This document shows positions 1 to 9,193 of a stretch of DNA of 64,000 nt, one piece after another. The position numbers and the translations under genes are program-made. Positions within the stretch are counted from its first letter, which is position 1. Each line of letters starts with the position of its first letter. Under the pieces are notes generated by a model. It had not been told where the DNA came from. It saw only the letters and a program-made list of their open reading frames with translations, and did no database searches. Origin of the DNA: Candidatus Latescibacterota bacterium (GTDB taxonomy: Bacteria; Latescibacterota; UBA2968; UBA8231); NCBI GenBank assembly GCA_965204725.1, contig OZ242005.1, forward strand, positions 4,288,001 to 4,352,000, in the 5' to 3' direction.

Positions 1-534
1 GCCGAATACATACGCCGGGTCGTCGATTCCATCTACGATCCCAAGTTCCCCATCCTGCGCGACCGCTACGACGACCGTTGGGGCTTGACGCTCTACAGTC
101 GTCTGGTCTTTACCGTTTATCTGTCGAGCGGAGAGTCCCAACTCAATCCATATATTGCCGATATTGGTGCGCGCACCTTCTTGGTCAATCAGCGAGGTAC
201 GCGCTTCCAGCCGAGTGGGACGTTTGATTACTACCCCTACCAGAGCGACCGCCCCGAAGGCGAGGTGCTCAACGGCAAGACTTACTACCGAGTCTTCTTC
301 CCCAATCGCAAAAGAGACGACAAGACGCCTATTATCCGGCGCGACGACGACTATCTCGAGCTACAGATCGAAAACTTGGGCGATGTCCCGTTGCGAACCC
401 TGCGCTGGGAGCGGTCTCTCGCGTATCCAGAAATGCCTTCGCGGCGCTTGCCGACGGAGGCCGAGGTAGCCGAGCGCAAGGCGGCCGTGCGGGCCGAGCG
501 CGCGGCGCGGGCCGAAGCCGTGCGGACAAAGTAG
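1..534 (+). CDS. Hypothetical protein, 5'-truncated by the window edge
   Basis: Frame 1 is open from base 1 (AEYIRRVVDSIYDPKFPILRDRYDDRWG...) to TAG at 532-534; no recognised motif. Confidence 0.7.
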   Translation, partial: AEYIRRVVDSIYDPKFPILRDRYDDRWGLTLYSRLVFTVYLSSGESQLNPYIADIGARTFLVNQRGTRFQPSGTFDYYPYQSDRPEGEVLNGKTYYRVFFPNRKRDDKTPIIRRDDDYLELQIENLGDVPLRTLRWERSLAYPEMPSRRLPTEAEVAERKAAVRAERAARAEAVRTK

Positions 535-548
535 CCCCCTCGGTCTCA

Positions 549-577
549 TTGGTGCTATTGGGAAGTCATTCTATATT
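549..577 (+). promoter_or_regulatory. Putative sigma70 promoter for tRNA-Sec
   Basis: TTGGTG (549-554), 17 nt spacer, TATATT (572-577), 26 nt upstream of the tRNA. Confidence 0.45.
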
Positions 578-603
578 TCTGCGTACTTGGACGAGCATGT
601 TGC

Positions 604-702
604 GGGAGCGGATGCGTGCCTGGTGGCTGTCGCGGACTTCAAATCCGTTGCGGCGTAGCGAGAGTTGCGCTGGGTGGGTTCGATTCCCACACGTTCCCGC
701 CA
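604..702 (+). tRNA. selC: tRNA-Sec (anticodon UCA)
   Basis: Acceptor GGGAGCGG/ACGTTCCC with G-CCA end; anticodon arm GCGGA-CTTCAAA-TCCGT (TCA at 639-641); 4-nt D loop TGGT; long variable arm CGGCGTAGC-GAGA-GTTGCGCTG; T arm GTGGG-TTCGATT-CCCAC. Confidence 0.95.
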
Positions 703-740
703 GAATTTTAAGTAGCTGTAAAGATAGCGAGAGACCAGCG

Positions 741-3380
741 ATGAAATGGACTTGGGCAGCGTTGTTGATGGTGGCACTGGCGTGGGCTCAAGACGCGACC
801 GTGGTGCCAAGTGCATCCGGGGCAATTCCGCCGGACCGTCTGAGCGAGAACATCGCGCTAGGGGCGAGTTACACGATGGAGCCGGGGCCGAATTACGGGC
901 TTTGCTCGGACCCCGGCGATCACGAGCAACTGACGGATGGGGTCTATACGGAGGGCTATTTCTGGGCGCAGCTATCAACCGTGGGCTGGCAGGAAAAGAC
1001 TCCCTCGATCCTGACGCTGGATCTGGGTGCGGTGAAATCGATCCGAGGGGTGTCGTTCCACACGGCGGCGGGTTTTGCGGACGTGAGGTGGCCGCTGACG
1101 ATCCGCATTCTCGTGGCGGGAGAAGACAGGGAATTCCATGAGATCGGGGACCTAGTACAGTTGAGCGCAGGACAACACGGTCCGCTCGTACCGACGAAGG
1201 CGAGCGATGCCATCTGGGCCCGGGATGGCGCGAGTTTCAATGAAGCCGAGATACATCATCACTACGACCACCACCGGGATCGCTACCCACCGGAGATCAC
1301 CGCCGAAGTGCGTCGGCAGATCCTCCGAGATCTCGACGAAGAGCGCGCCGCTAAGTATGGAACCTATCGGTACTGGACGGACCGGTTGCGGACGCACGGG
1401 CGATATGTCAGCCTAGTTGTGTGGAACGAGCCGTACACGTTCGTGGACGAGATCGAAGTTTACGCGGGAGAGCCGGGGTGGGTGGATGAGCCGTTGCCGG
1501 GGCCGGCCATTGCAGACGTGAAGGAGTATGCGCGCCAGATCGCCATCCAGAAAGGGATTCGGACGCGCCTTGTGCGGGACATCCAAGCCCTGAAAGAAGC
1601 GGCGGCCAAAGAAGGTGTCCCGGTGCAGACGCAGGGCGATGTGCTGGGCGAACTGGCATCTGTAGAAGAGGAGTTGGAGTTGGCCACCGCGTTTGGAGAT
1701 GACTTCGAGGCCGTGCTGCCACTGAATCCGTGGCACGAACGGGTGTTGCGGACGCAGGCGTGGCTCTGGCGCGCCAAGGGATTGGAGCCGCTCACGTTCT
1801 GGTGCTCAAATCTGTGGGATCCGCTGCCGCTCATCGGTACGCCGGACACGGCGGCGGAATTGGCTGTTGAGGTGCATCTGATGCGGCGGGAATACCGTGC
1901 GGCCGCGTTCAATATAAGCAACAGCAGTGACGAGCCGATGCAGGTGATGTTCCGCTTGAGCGGGCTGCCCGGGGGTGACAATCCGGGGTATGTGACCGTT
2001 CACGAGGTGGCTTGGACGGACACGCGGTCCGGGGTGCCGGTAGCGGCGGCTCTGCCAGAGGTTGCTGTCGAGAACGATCTGTATGCGGTAACCGTGCCCT
2101 CGGGCATGACGCGGCAGGTGTGGCTGACATTCCATCCGGTAGATGTGGAGCCGGGCACCTACGAGGGCGAGGTCGTCGTGGAGTCCGTGGCCGAGGGCAG
2201 GAAATTCCCGTTGCGCATGTACCTGTATCCTCTGGATTTCCCGGAGAAGCAGTCGCTGCATCTGGGCGGATGGGACTATACGGATCGGGTCGGTCATTTC
2301 CGCTTTGTGACAGAGCAGAACCGATTGGCACTCATTGAGCACCTGCGCGAACATTACGTCGACTCGCCGTGGGGCCTCAAACGGGTGCTGCCGCGGGGTA
2401 CGCACAATGCACAGGGGGCAATGGCGGTGCCACCCGCCACCGCCTATTTCGATGCTTGGATCGAATTGTGGCCGGATGCAGCCCAGTACCTCGTGTTCGC
2501 GAAAGTGGGCGACCATTTCGAGTCGTGGCCCATGGGTACGCCAGAATTCACGACCGCGGTAAAGGCGTGGGTGACGTTCTGGGCGGAGCATATAGTGGCG
2601 AAGGGGTTGAAGCCGGAGCAGTTCGCGCTGCTGCTGGTGGATGAGCCTGACGAGCCGTGGATGGACGAGCGCATTCTGGCGTGGGCGAAGGCGATCCGCG
2701 AAGCAGACACGGGCATCCGCATCTGGGAGGATACAAACCACCGGGACATGGACGCCGCGAATCAGGAGATGATTGATGCGTGCCACGTGTTGTGCCCGAA
2801 CTATTCGGCCTTCTTGAGACAGGGCGAGGACTATCGCGACTACTACCTAAAGAAGCGCGATCAGGGGATCGGCTTGGAATTCTACTCGGCGTGGACGGGT
2901 CGAGTTTTTGATCCGTACGCGGGTCGGCTTATGGCGTGGTCGAGTTGGCGCTACGGGGCGACGGCAATCCATATATGGTCATTGGGCGACACGGCCGGTG
3001 CCTCATCGTGGAACGAGTATCTGACGTTCAAGGATCCATACACGCCCTTGTTTATCGCCGAGGACTCGGTGACGGCCGGGAAACACCTCGAGGCCGTGCG
3101 GGAGGGGGTAGAGGACTACGAGTATTTCGCCATGCTAGATCAGGCGATCGAGAACGCGTCTGCGCAGGGGGCGACAGGTCCGGAGGTGGAGGCGGCGCGT
3201 CGCTTGCTGGAGAGCCTACCGGCCCGTGTCTGTGATGCGGTGGGCCACGAGGGTGGAATTGACTCCGACCAGCCGCTGGGCGGCTTTCATTGGCTGAACG
3301 AGAAAGTGGACCGTACGCTGGCGGACAAGGCGCGGATCCAAGTGTTGGAGACCTTGACGGCGTTGGTTGAACACCATTGA
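741..3380 (+). CDS. Secreted protein: N-terminal discoidin/F5-8-like domain plus glycoside hydrolase 123/DUF4091-like C-terminal region
   Basis: Start moved to ATG 741 (MKWTWAALLMVALAWA signal peptide; the longer ORF overlaps the tRNA); 'QLTDG..','LTLDLG','FVDEIEVY' discoidin motifs; 'LVDEP' and 'LEAVREGVEDYEY' DUF4091-like motifs. Confidence 0.75.
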   Translation: MKWTWAALLMVALAWAQDATVVPSASGAIPPDRLSENIALGASYTMEPGPNYGLCSDPGDHEQLTDGVYTEGYFWAQLSTVGWQEKTPSILTLDLGAVKSIRGVSFHTAAGFADVRWPLTIRILVAGEDREFHEIGDLVQLSAGQHGPLVPTKASDAIWARDGASFNEAEIHHHYDHHRDRYPPEITAEVRRQILRDLDEERAAKYGTYRYWTDRLRTHGRYVSLVVWNEPYTFVDEIEVYAGEPGWVDEPLPGPAIADVKEYARQIAIQKGIRTRLVRDIQALKEAAAKEGVPVQTQGDVLGELASVEEELELATAFGDDFEAVLPLNPWHERVLRTQAWLWRAKGLEPLTFWCSNLWDPLPLIGTPDTAAELAVEVHLMRREYRAAAFNISNSSDEPMQVMFRLSGLPGGDNPGYVTVHEVAWTDTRSGVPVAAALPEVAVENDLYAVTVPSGMTRQVWLTFHPVDVEPGTYEGEVVVESVAEGRKFPLRMYLYPLDFPEKQSLHLGGWDYTDRVGHFRFVTEQNRLALIEHLREHYVDSPWGLKRVLPRGTHNAQGAMAVPPATAYFDAWIELWPDAAQYLVFAKVGDHFESWPMGTPEFTTAVKAWVTFWAEHIVAKGLKPEQFALLLVDEPDEPWMDERILAWAKAIREADTGIRIWEDTNHRDMDAANQEMIDACHVLCPNYSAFLRQGEDYRDYYLKKRDQGIGLEFYSAWTGRVFDPYAGRLMAWSSWRYGATAIHIWSLGDTAGASSWNEYLTFKDPYTPLFIAEDSVTAGKHLEAVREGVEDYEYFAMLDQAIENASAQGATGPEVEAARRLLESLPARVCDAVGHEGGIDSDQPLGGFHWLNEKVDRTLADKARIQVLETLTALVEHH

Positions 3381-3396
3381 CCATGCCTTATATGAT

Positions 3397-4605
3397 ATGA
3401 AGCGCATTAAGGCGTGGGGCTTGGCCGTTGCGGTTGCCGCGGTTCTCGGCAGCGTCGCCCTGCTCTACTTCAACTATTTCGCAAACGGGACCATTGACCC
3501 GCCTCATGCTTTCCGGGGAGCGGCGAGCACGAGTGAAACCTGCCGCCCCTGTCACCGGTCGATCTACGATAGCTACGTCAAGACCGGGCACTACCTCACT
3601 TCCACTATCGCTACTAAGGCGACCGTTATGGGCGACTTCGGCGAAGGCCGCAATGTCGTGCGCACACTGCTGCCAGACCTACAGTTCTCGATGGAGGAAA
3701 GGAGGGGCGGGTTTTTTCAGACTGCTGAATACACCAAGGACACGACAGAGACATTCACCAAGCCCCTGCAGATCGTAGTAGGCTCTGGAGAGCGGGCGCA
3801 GACCTACCTGTTTTGGGAGGGAGACAGACTGTTCCAACTGCCGGGGATGTACTTCACCCCGGCAGAGACTTGGACGCTCGCTCCCGGCTATGAAAACTGG
3901 CTCGCTCTTTGGGAGGATCTGCCGAACAAAAGCCTCAGAATGCTGTACCAACGACCGATCGGCGGACGCTGCATAGAATGCCACGCCGCGACGGCCACGC
4001 CGGTAGGCTCGCCGGCCGGGTTTCGATTTCGTCCCGACAGCTTCGAGGTAGGCATTAGTTGCGCGAAGTGCCACGGTCCCGGCACCCAACACATTGCCTT
4101 CCACGAGCAGAACCCGGCAGCAGAGGAGGGCCGGCACATCGTCAACCCGGTCAGCCTGAGTCGATCGCAACAGATCTCTTCCTGCGCCCTATGCCATGCG
4201 GGGCAGGGCGTTCCGAGAACGCCGCCGCTGTCATTCCGTCCGGGAGACGAAATCTCAGCGCATCGCATATACGCGAAAGCGGAGCAGAAGAAGCTGTCGG
4301 TCCACGGGGGGCAGGTGCCGTTCCTGCAAGAAAGTCGCTGTTTTGCAGAGTCGGGCAGCATGACGTGCTCCACCTGCCACAATGTACACGAAGACGAGAC
4401 GGACGAGACCGCGCTGTTTTCGCGGAAGTGCCTGATCTGTCACGAGCAGGCCCACGCTGAAGAGCCCGAATTAGCGCAGGGCGACCGCTGTACCGAGTGC
4501 CACATGCCCGATCAACTAGCGAGCAATCTACCGGTGTACCACGAGGGCGAGGAGAGGTTCCTGTCAATGGCCAATCACCGCATCGGGATCTTCGAGGATC
4601 AATAG
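3397..4605 (+). CDS. Membrane-anchored multiheme c-type cytochrome (7 CxxCH)
   Basis: CRPCH, CIECH, CAKCHGPG, CALCH, CSTCH, CLICH, CTECHMP; N-terminal hydrophobic anchor; C-terminal NHRI. Confidence 0.9.
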   Translation: MKRIKAWGLAVAVAAVLGSVALLYFNYFANGTIDPPHAFRGAASTSETCRPCHRSIYDSYVKTGHYLTSTIATKATVMGDFGEGRNVVRTLLPDLQFSMEERRGGFFQTAEYTKDTTETFTKPLQIVVGSGERAQTYLFWEGDRLFQLPGMYFTPAETWTLAPGYENWLALWEDLPNKSLRMLYQRPIGGRCIECHAATATPVGSPAGFRFRPDSFEVGISCAKCHGPGTQHIAFHEQNPAAEEGRHIVNPVSLSRSQQISSCALCHAGQGVPRTPPLSFRPGDEISAHRIYAKAEQKKLSVHGGQVPFLQESRCFAESGSMTCSTCHNVHEDETDETALFSRKCLICHEQAHAEEPELAQGDRCTECHMPDQLASNLPVYHEGEERFLSMANHRIGIFEDQ

Positions 4606-4638
4606 CGCACCGTCCATCGCCTTAAAAAGGAAAAACAC

Positions 4639-5709
4639 TTGATCAAGCAAGCATGCGGAATCGCAGCGGCCGTGCTGCTGGGTATCTCACCGTCTCAGGC
4701 CCTGCAGCGAACCGACACGGAGTTCAAGATCTTCCAGTTCCCCGCCAACATGATTCCCCGCATTGATGGCCAGACCGACGACTGGACGATGGTCCCCGAC
4801 AGCTATGTATATGGGACCGACCAGCTTTCCGACACGGTCATGGGAAACCTCACCAACTACGACCGCGAGGACTTGGACGTCACCGTGCGCGTCGGTTGGG
4901 TCCAGGGCCTGAACCGGCTCTATTTCCTCTACGAGGCATACGACGACTACTGGAATATGTACTACAAATACGGTGACTTGTTTGAAATCGCCATCGACGC
5001 GGACCGGTCCGGCGGGCCGAACATTGCCAATCCCCAGATTGACGACCCGTGGGAAAGCCACTTCCTGTTCAAGGGAGTGCATGCCCAGAACTACCACATC
5101 TTCACACCGCCCGGAGAAGGCCGGGATTGGGTGTTCGTCTGGGGGTGTCAGCCGTGGATCGGCAAGCTGCCGTATGCCAATCACGCGTACTCATACGATT
5201 TTGAGGAAGGGGAGAGCGGCCAGCTCGTGCTGGAGTTTTGGATCACGCCCTTCGACTACGCTCCGTACGATGGCCCGGAGCGGGCAGCCGTATCAAAGCT
5301 GGAGGAGAACAGCCTAATCGCCCTATCTTGGGCGGTCCTCGATTTCGACGAAGACCACACGAAATACGAGGGGTTCTGGAACCTTTCCCACGAGACGCGC
5401 ATGGACAGCGACGCCTCGAACCTGTGCGCATTCCGATTGATGCCGCTCGAGGCGGAATATCTCGATTCGCTCGAGGCAGAATACTCCTTTACGGTGGTCG
5501 ACATGGATCGCCGGATGGTCGCCTTCACGGATCGGTCCCGTGGAGCGATCACATCGTGGTCGTGGGACTTCGGCGATGGCACGTCGTCAACCGAACAGCA
5601 CCCGATTCACCAGTACGAGGAACCGGGCGAGTTTGTGGTTACGCTGGACATTGAGGGCCCGCAGGGAAAGGCCCGGCGCATCAAAGTGAACCAGGTGATG
5701 GTAAAGTGA
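4639..5709 (+). CDS. Secreted CBM9/DOMON-like sugar-binding protein with C-terminal PKD domain
   Basis: RBS AAAGGA; signal peptide; 'PRIDGQTDDW'; PKD motif 'FTDRS.GAITSWSWDFGDG..STEQHPIHQY..PG.F.VTL'. Confidence 0.8.
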   Translation: MIKQACGIAAAVLLGISPSQALQRTDTEFKIFQFPANMIPRIDGQTDDWTMVPDSYVYGTDQLSDTVMGNLTNYDREDLDVTVRVGWVQGLNRLYFLYEAYDDYWNMYYKYGDLFEIAIDADRSGGPNIANPQIDDPWESHFLFKGVHAQNYHIFTPPGEGRDWVFVWGCQPWIGKLPYANHAYSYDFEEGESGQLVLEFWITPFDYAPYDGPERAAVSKLEENSLIALSWAVLDFDEDHTKYEGFWNLSHETRMDSDASNLCAFRLMPLEAEYLDSLEAEYSFTVVDMDRRMVAFTDRSRGAITSWSWDFGDGTSSTEQHPIHQYEEPGEFVVTLDIEGPQGKARRIKVNQVMVK

Positions 5710-7667
5710 ACTCCAAATTTTTCTGCCAGACGACGACGGGAATGTTCCTGCTCGTCTTAATTGCCCTCGCGCTCAATGGGCGCGACGCTTCGGCCGTGAT
5801 CGTTTACCGCATTGGTGCGCCCTTTTCCAAGGCGGAAAAGGATAGCTTGGAGAAGATCGGCATCGATCTCAGGGAGCTCGACTGGTCGGAAAACGCGCAG
5901 TTGGAGGACGCCCTCGACCCAGACTCGCTACAGGCGGGTGTGCTGCAGCCCAATTTTTTCGCAGAAGACGAGGATATCGCTGCAACGCTGTTGAGCAGAG
6001 ATGGCTGGGTGGCAGTGCAGCGAGAATCCGGGCGGTCCAACTACGACCCCACGGTCGGACACCTGCTGGTCGATCAGGACCCGACTACGGCGTACACGTG
6101 GGATGCCGCCGATGCAGCGACCTTCAACGTCGTTAGCGGTTCATTTTTGAGAGTGCATGTCGATTTGGGCGGGCGCTTCCTCATAAGGGAAGTGAGGCTC
6201 CTAGCGCCCAGTCCGGCCCACTTCCTAGAGCAATTGATTATTGGTGTCAGCGACGAGCGGTACGGTTTAGCTGCATACGTCCCGAATCTCCCAACAGTTG
6301 TGGAGATAAAGGACAATACGGAGGCCGAGATCCGCGTGGTTCTCGATAGACCCGTGACTACCCGCTTTGTGCAGTTGCGGATCATTCGGCAAACGCCCAA
6401 GGAGGTCGGGTTGGCCGCTTTCGAGTTGTACGGAGGAGGGTACGTGCGGCAGGCCTCCTACGAATCCGACGTCATCGAACTAGACGACATCGCCAGCTTG
6501 GGCGAGATCCGCTGGTCGGGACGGCAGGACCCTCACGCTCAGGTCGCCATCCGCACCCGGGCCGGCACCGACCCGCAGCCGGTCATTTTCTGGGAGACCC
6601 GCCCCGAGCAGCAGGACAACGTCAAGTTTCTCCAAGGGGGCGGCGATCTGAGTCTGACCGAGTACAAGCACCAGTACGATAGACTGGCTGATTTCCTCAA
6701 ACCGGAAGACGAGCAGGACAGGGTGCGCCCTGACACGGAGCACTGGAGCTTCTATTCGAGTCCATACGCGTTCGGGTCTCCCGGGGTCCCCATTGCATCC
6801 CCCGGTCCGCGGAAGTTTGTCCAGATCCGAGTGGATTTTGTCTCTACCACGGTTGAAGACGGGGGCAATATCAACTACATAGAGTTCAAGGCGTCGGTCC
6901 CGCCATCGGTTCGCCGCCTAGTAGGGGAGATGCACCCGATCGAGACCCAAGTGGGCGAAACGACGCAATTTACGTATTACATCAGTCCGACGATCCGGTC
7001 CACCGACCGCAGTTTTGACGGGGTGGAGATCGCGACGCCTTCAGGGGTGGTGTCGGTCGATTCGCTGCACATAGCTGGCGTCAATCAGGAGAATTTCTCG
7101 TGGACCATCCACGAAGACGGTCTGGGGTTTGAGGTTCTGCTCCCGCGCCGGCTGGAGCCGACGGACAGCGGTGCGCTGGTGGAGGTGGTATTCACCGCTC
7201 CGGTTCTGAGAGAAGTGGGCAACCTGTTTGCCGGCAGGGTGTTCGACACGGCTAGGCCGCACGAGGTGCGGCAGCGGGTCGTGCCGGGCAATGCGACCGA
7301 TGCGATCGCGAGCGATCGCTTGTCGGTGAGAACGGCTCTGAGCGAATCGCTGGTGTTTTCGCCTCGGATCGCGCCGAATCCGTTCACGCCAAACGGCGAT
7401 GGGGTGAATGAGGTGGTGAACATATCGTACAAGCTGCTGCGGTTGACCTCAGCGGTGCCGGTGTCGCTCGAGATCTACGATCTGTCGGGCCGGCGGGTGA
7501 GGCGGGTGCATGAGGGGGAAGATCCAGTGGGTGAGTACAACCACGTGTGGGATGGCCGGGACGACTCGAACGGCTTGGTGCCGTCGGGGCTGTATCTGTA
7601 CCGGCTGGTGGTAGATGGGCAGTCAGAGAGGGAGACCCGCAGCGGCGTCGTTGCGGTGGCCTATTGA
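5706..7667 (+). CDS. Secreted protein with discoidin-like domain and C-terminal FlgD-Ig/CHU_C-like tail (paralogue 1)
   Basis: Signal peptide; C-terminal 'PNPFTPNGDGVNE...IYDLSGRRVR...WDGRDDSNGLVPSGLYLY...VAVAY'; GTGA overlap with the upstream gene. Confidence 0.85.
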   Translation: MNSKFFCQTTTGMFLLVLIALALNGRDASAVIVYRIGAPFSKAEKDSLEKIGIDLRELDWSENAQLEDALDPDSLQAGVLQPNFFAEDEDIAATLLSRDGWVAVQRESGRSNYDPTVGHLLVDQDPTTAYTWDAADAATFNVVSGSFLRVHVDLGGRFLIREVRLLAPSPAHFLEQLIIGVSDERYGLAAYVPNLPTVVEIKDNTEAEIRVVLDRPVTTRFVQLRIIRQTPKEVGLAAFELYGGGYVRQASYESDVIELDDIASLGEIRWSGRQDPHAQVAIRTRAGTDPQPVIFWETRPEQQDNVKFLQGGGDLSLTEYKHQYDRLADFLKPEDEQDRVRPDTEHWSFYSSPYAFGSPGVPIASPGPRKFVQIRVDFVSTTVEDGGNINYIEFKASVPPSVRRLVGEMHPIETQVGETTQFTYYISPTIRSTDRSFDGVEIATPSGVVSVDSLHIAGVNQENFSWTIHEDGLGFEVLLPRRLEPTDSGALVEVVFTAPVLREVGNLFAGRVFDTARPHEVRQRVVPGNATDAIASDRLSVRTALSESLVFSPRIAPNPFTPNGDGVNEVVNISYKLLRLTSAVPVSLEIYDLSGRRVRRVHEGEDPVGEYNHVWDGRDDSNGLVPSGLYLYRLVVDGQSERETRSGVVAVAY

Positions 7668-9193
7668 CAATCGTTTTTTTTAGTCGCCCTGAGTTTCGCG
7701 GTATCGTCGGCTGTGCGGCATTCGCTGTCTGCTTCCTGATATGCACCCAGCCGCTTCTCGGCGGGGAATCCGCCGGTGAACACCACTACAGACTCGGTCT
7801 GCGCCATCTGCAGAGCGGTGACTTCGAGAGTGCCGAGCGGGAATACAAGAAAGCGATCGCGATGGACTCGACGGACCTTCGCCCGCGCGATGGCCTCGGT
7901 TTCATCTATGCTCTACAGAATAGATTCCAAGAGGCAGAGGCAGAATTCGAGCGAGTACTGGAGATTGACCCCGACTACGCGCCGTCTCTCTACAAGCTGG
8001 GAAAGATCTTCCTGATTCGCCAAGATCGCGAAAAAGCGAAGGATGCCTACGAAAGAGCAATCGCATCTGAGCCGACCTACTTCCCCGCTCATCACGGGCT
8101 CGGCATGATCTACTCGCAGGAGGGAAAACCGGCCGCGGCGGCCGAGCACTTCAAGACTGTGCTCCGGCTCAAGCCCGACTACGGCCCCTCTCGCTACCGA
8201 CTTGGAGCCATCTATCTTCAGGAACAGGAATACGCCAAAGCGATAGAAGAACTGCAACAGGCTGCAAAGCTGATCGAGAATGAACCGTCGGTCCACTACA
8301 TCTTGGGAAATGCGTACATGACCATCGGCAGACTGAGCGAAGCGGCAGACGCATTTGCCGCAACCCTACAGCTCGACCCCCGTCGTGCAGACGCGCACGA
8401 CAAGCTGGGCCTCGTCTATACCGAACAGTCACATGTGCCCTTGGGAGCGGCAATGGCAGACCAAGACAAACTCGCTGCCGCCGTGCAGGAACACCGCAAG
8501 GCGGTTGAGCTGGCCCCCGACAACGGCTGGTTCCAGCACAACCTCGGCATGGCCTATGAGCGGCAGCGCAATTACGAGGAAGCGGCGGCGCAGTACAGAA
8601 AGGCCCTGACGGTGGATCCCGACCTTGCGTACCCGCGCTACCGCCTCGGTATGATTTACTCCAGAAGCAGGAAATACGAGGAGGCTGTCGATCAGTACAG
8701 GCAGGCAATCGAGCGCGAGCCGGACAACGCGCTCTTCCACTACGCCTTGGGAGCGGTGTATGCCCGGACCGGAAGCGCCCAAGCGGCGATCGCGGCGTAT
8801 GAAAAGGCCATCGAACTCGACTACTTCAACACAGAAGCGCATTTCGGGCTTGCCAACGCCTATCTCAAGCAAGGGAATCGCGAAGAGGGCGAGAGGGCGA
8901 TGCAGATATTCCAAAAGCAGCGCGAAGGCAACATCGCCGCCCTCGAACGCAACGTCGCCTTGGTCCCCGACAATCCGCAGTTTCACTTCGAGCTCGCTGT
9001 GCATTATTCCAGACAGGGGCGGGACATCAGTGCCATCAATGAGTACAAGCTCGCCATCGCTCTCGACCCTACCAATGCCGAGTACCATCGCCGCCTCGGC
9101 GACGCCTACCTGAAAACGGGCCGGTACCATGAAGCGGACGAGCAGTTCGAGATCGCTCGCCGACTGGAGCCGACAGACGAGAACGGACCATGA
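7664..9193 (+). CDS. Secreted tetratricopeptide-repeat protein
   Basis: About a dozen TPR units (e.g. 'Y.LG.IY...EA...Y.KA...DP'); probable TTG start at 7664 overlapping the upstream stop, followed by a hydrophobic signal segment. Confidence 0.85.
   Translation: MTIVFFSRPEFRGIVGCAAFAVCFLICTQPLLGGESAGEHHYRLGLRHLQSGDFESAEREYKKAIAMDSTDLRPRDGLGFIYALQNRFQEAEAEFERVLEIDPDYAPSLYKLGKIFLIRQDREKAKDAYERAIASEPTYFPAHHGLGMIYSQEGKPAAAAEHFKTVLRLKPDYGPSRYRLGAIYLQEQEYAKAIEELQQAAKLIENEPSVHYILGNAYMTIGRLSEAADAFAATLQLDPRRADAHDKLGLVYTEQSHVPLGAAMADQDKLAAAVQEHRKAVELAPDNGWFQHNLGMAYERQRNYEEAAAQYRKALTVDPDLAYPRYRLGMIYSRSRKYEEAVDQYRQAIEREPDNALFHYALGAVYARTGSAQAAIAAYEKAIELDYFNTEAHFGLANAYLKQGNREEGERAMQIFQKQREGNIAALERNVALVPDNPQFHFELAVHYSRQGRDISAINEYKLAIALDPTNAEYHRRLGDAYLKTGRYHEADEQFEIARRLEPTDENGP

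Noticed and set aside
549-740. N-terminal extension of the 943-aa ORF
   Set aside because: It runs through the tRNA-Sec gene; the signal peptide begins at ATG 741
1806-2786. Long antisense ORFs (also 24216-24992, 39405-40202, 61374-62336 and others)
   Set aside because: Shadow frames of well-supported genes in GC-rich DNA, with no recognisable motifs
7674-7681. T8 tract at the start of the TPR gene as a phase-variation switch
   Set aside because: Short tract with the frame intact and no evidence of slippage from a single sequence
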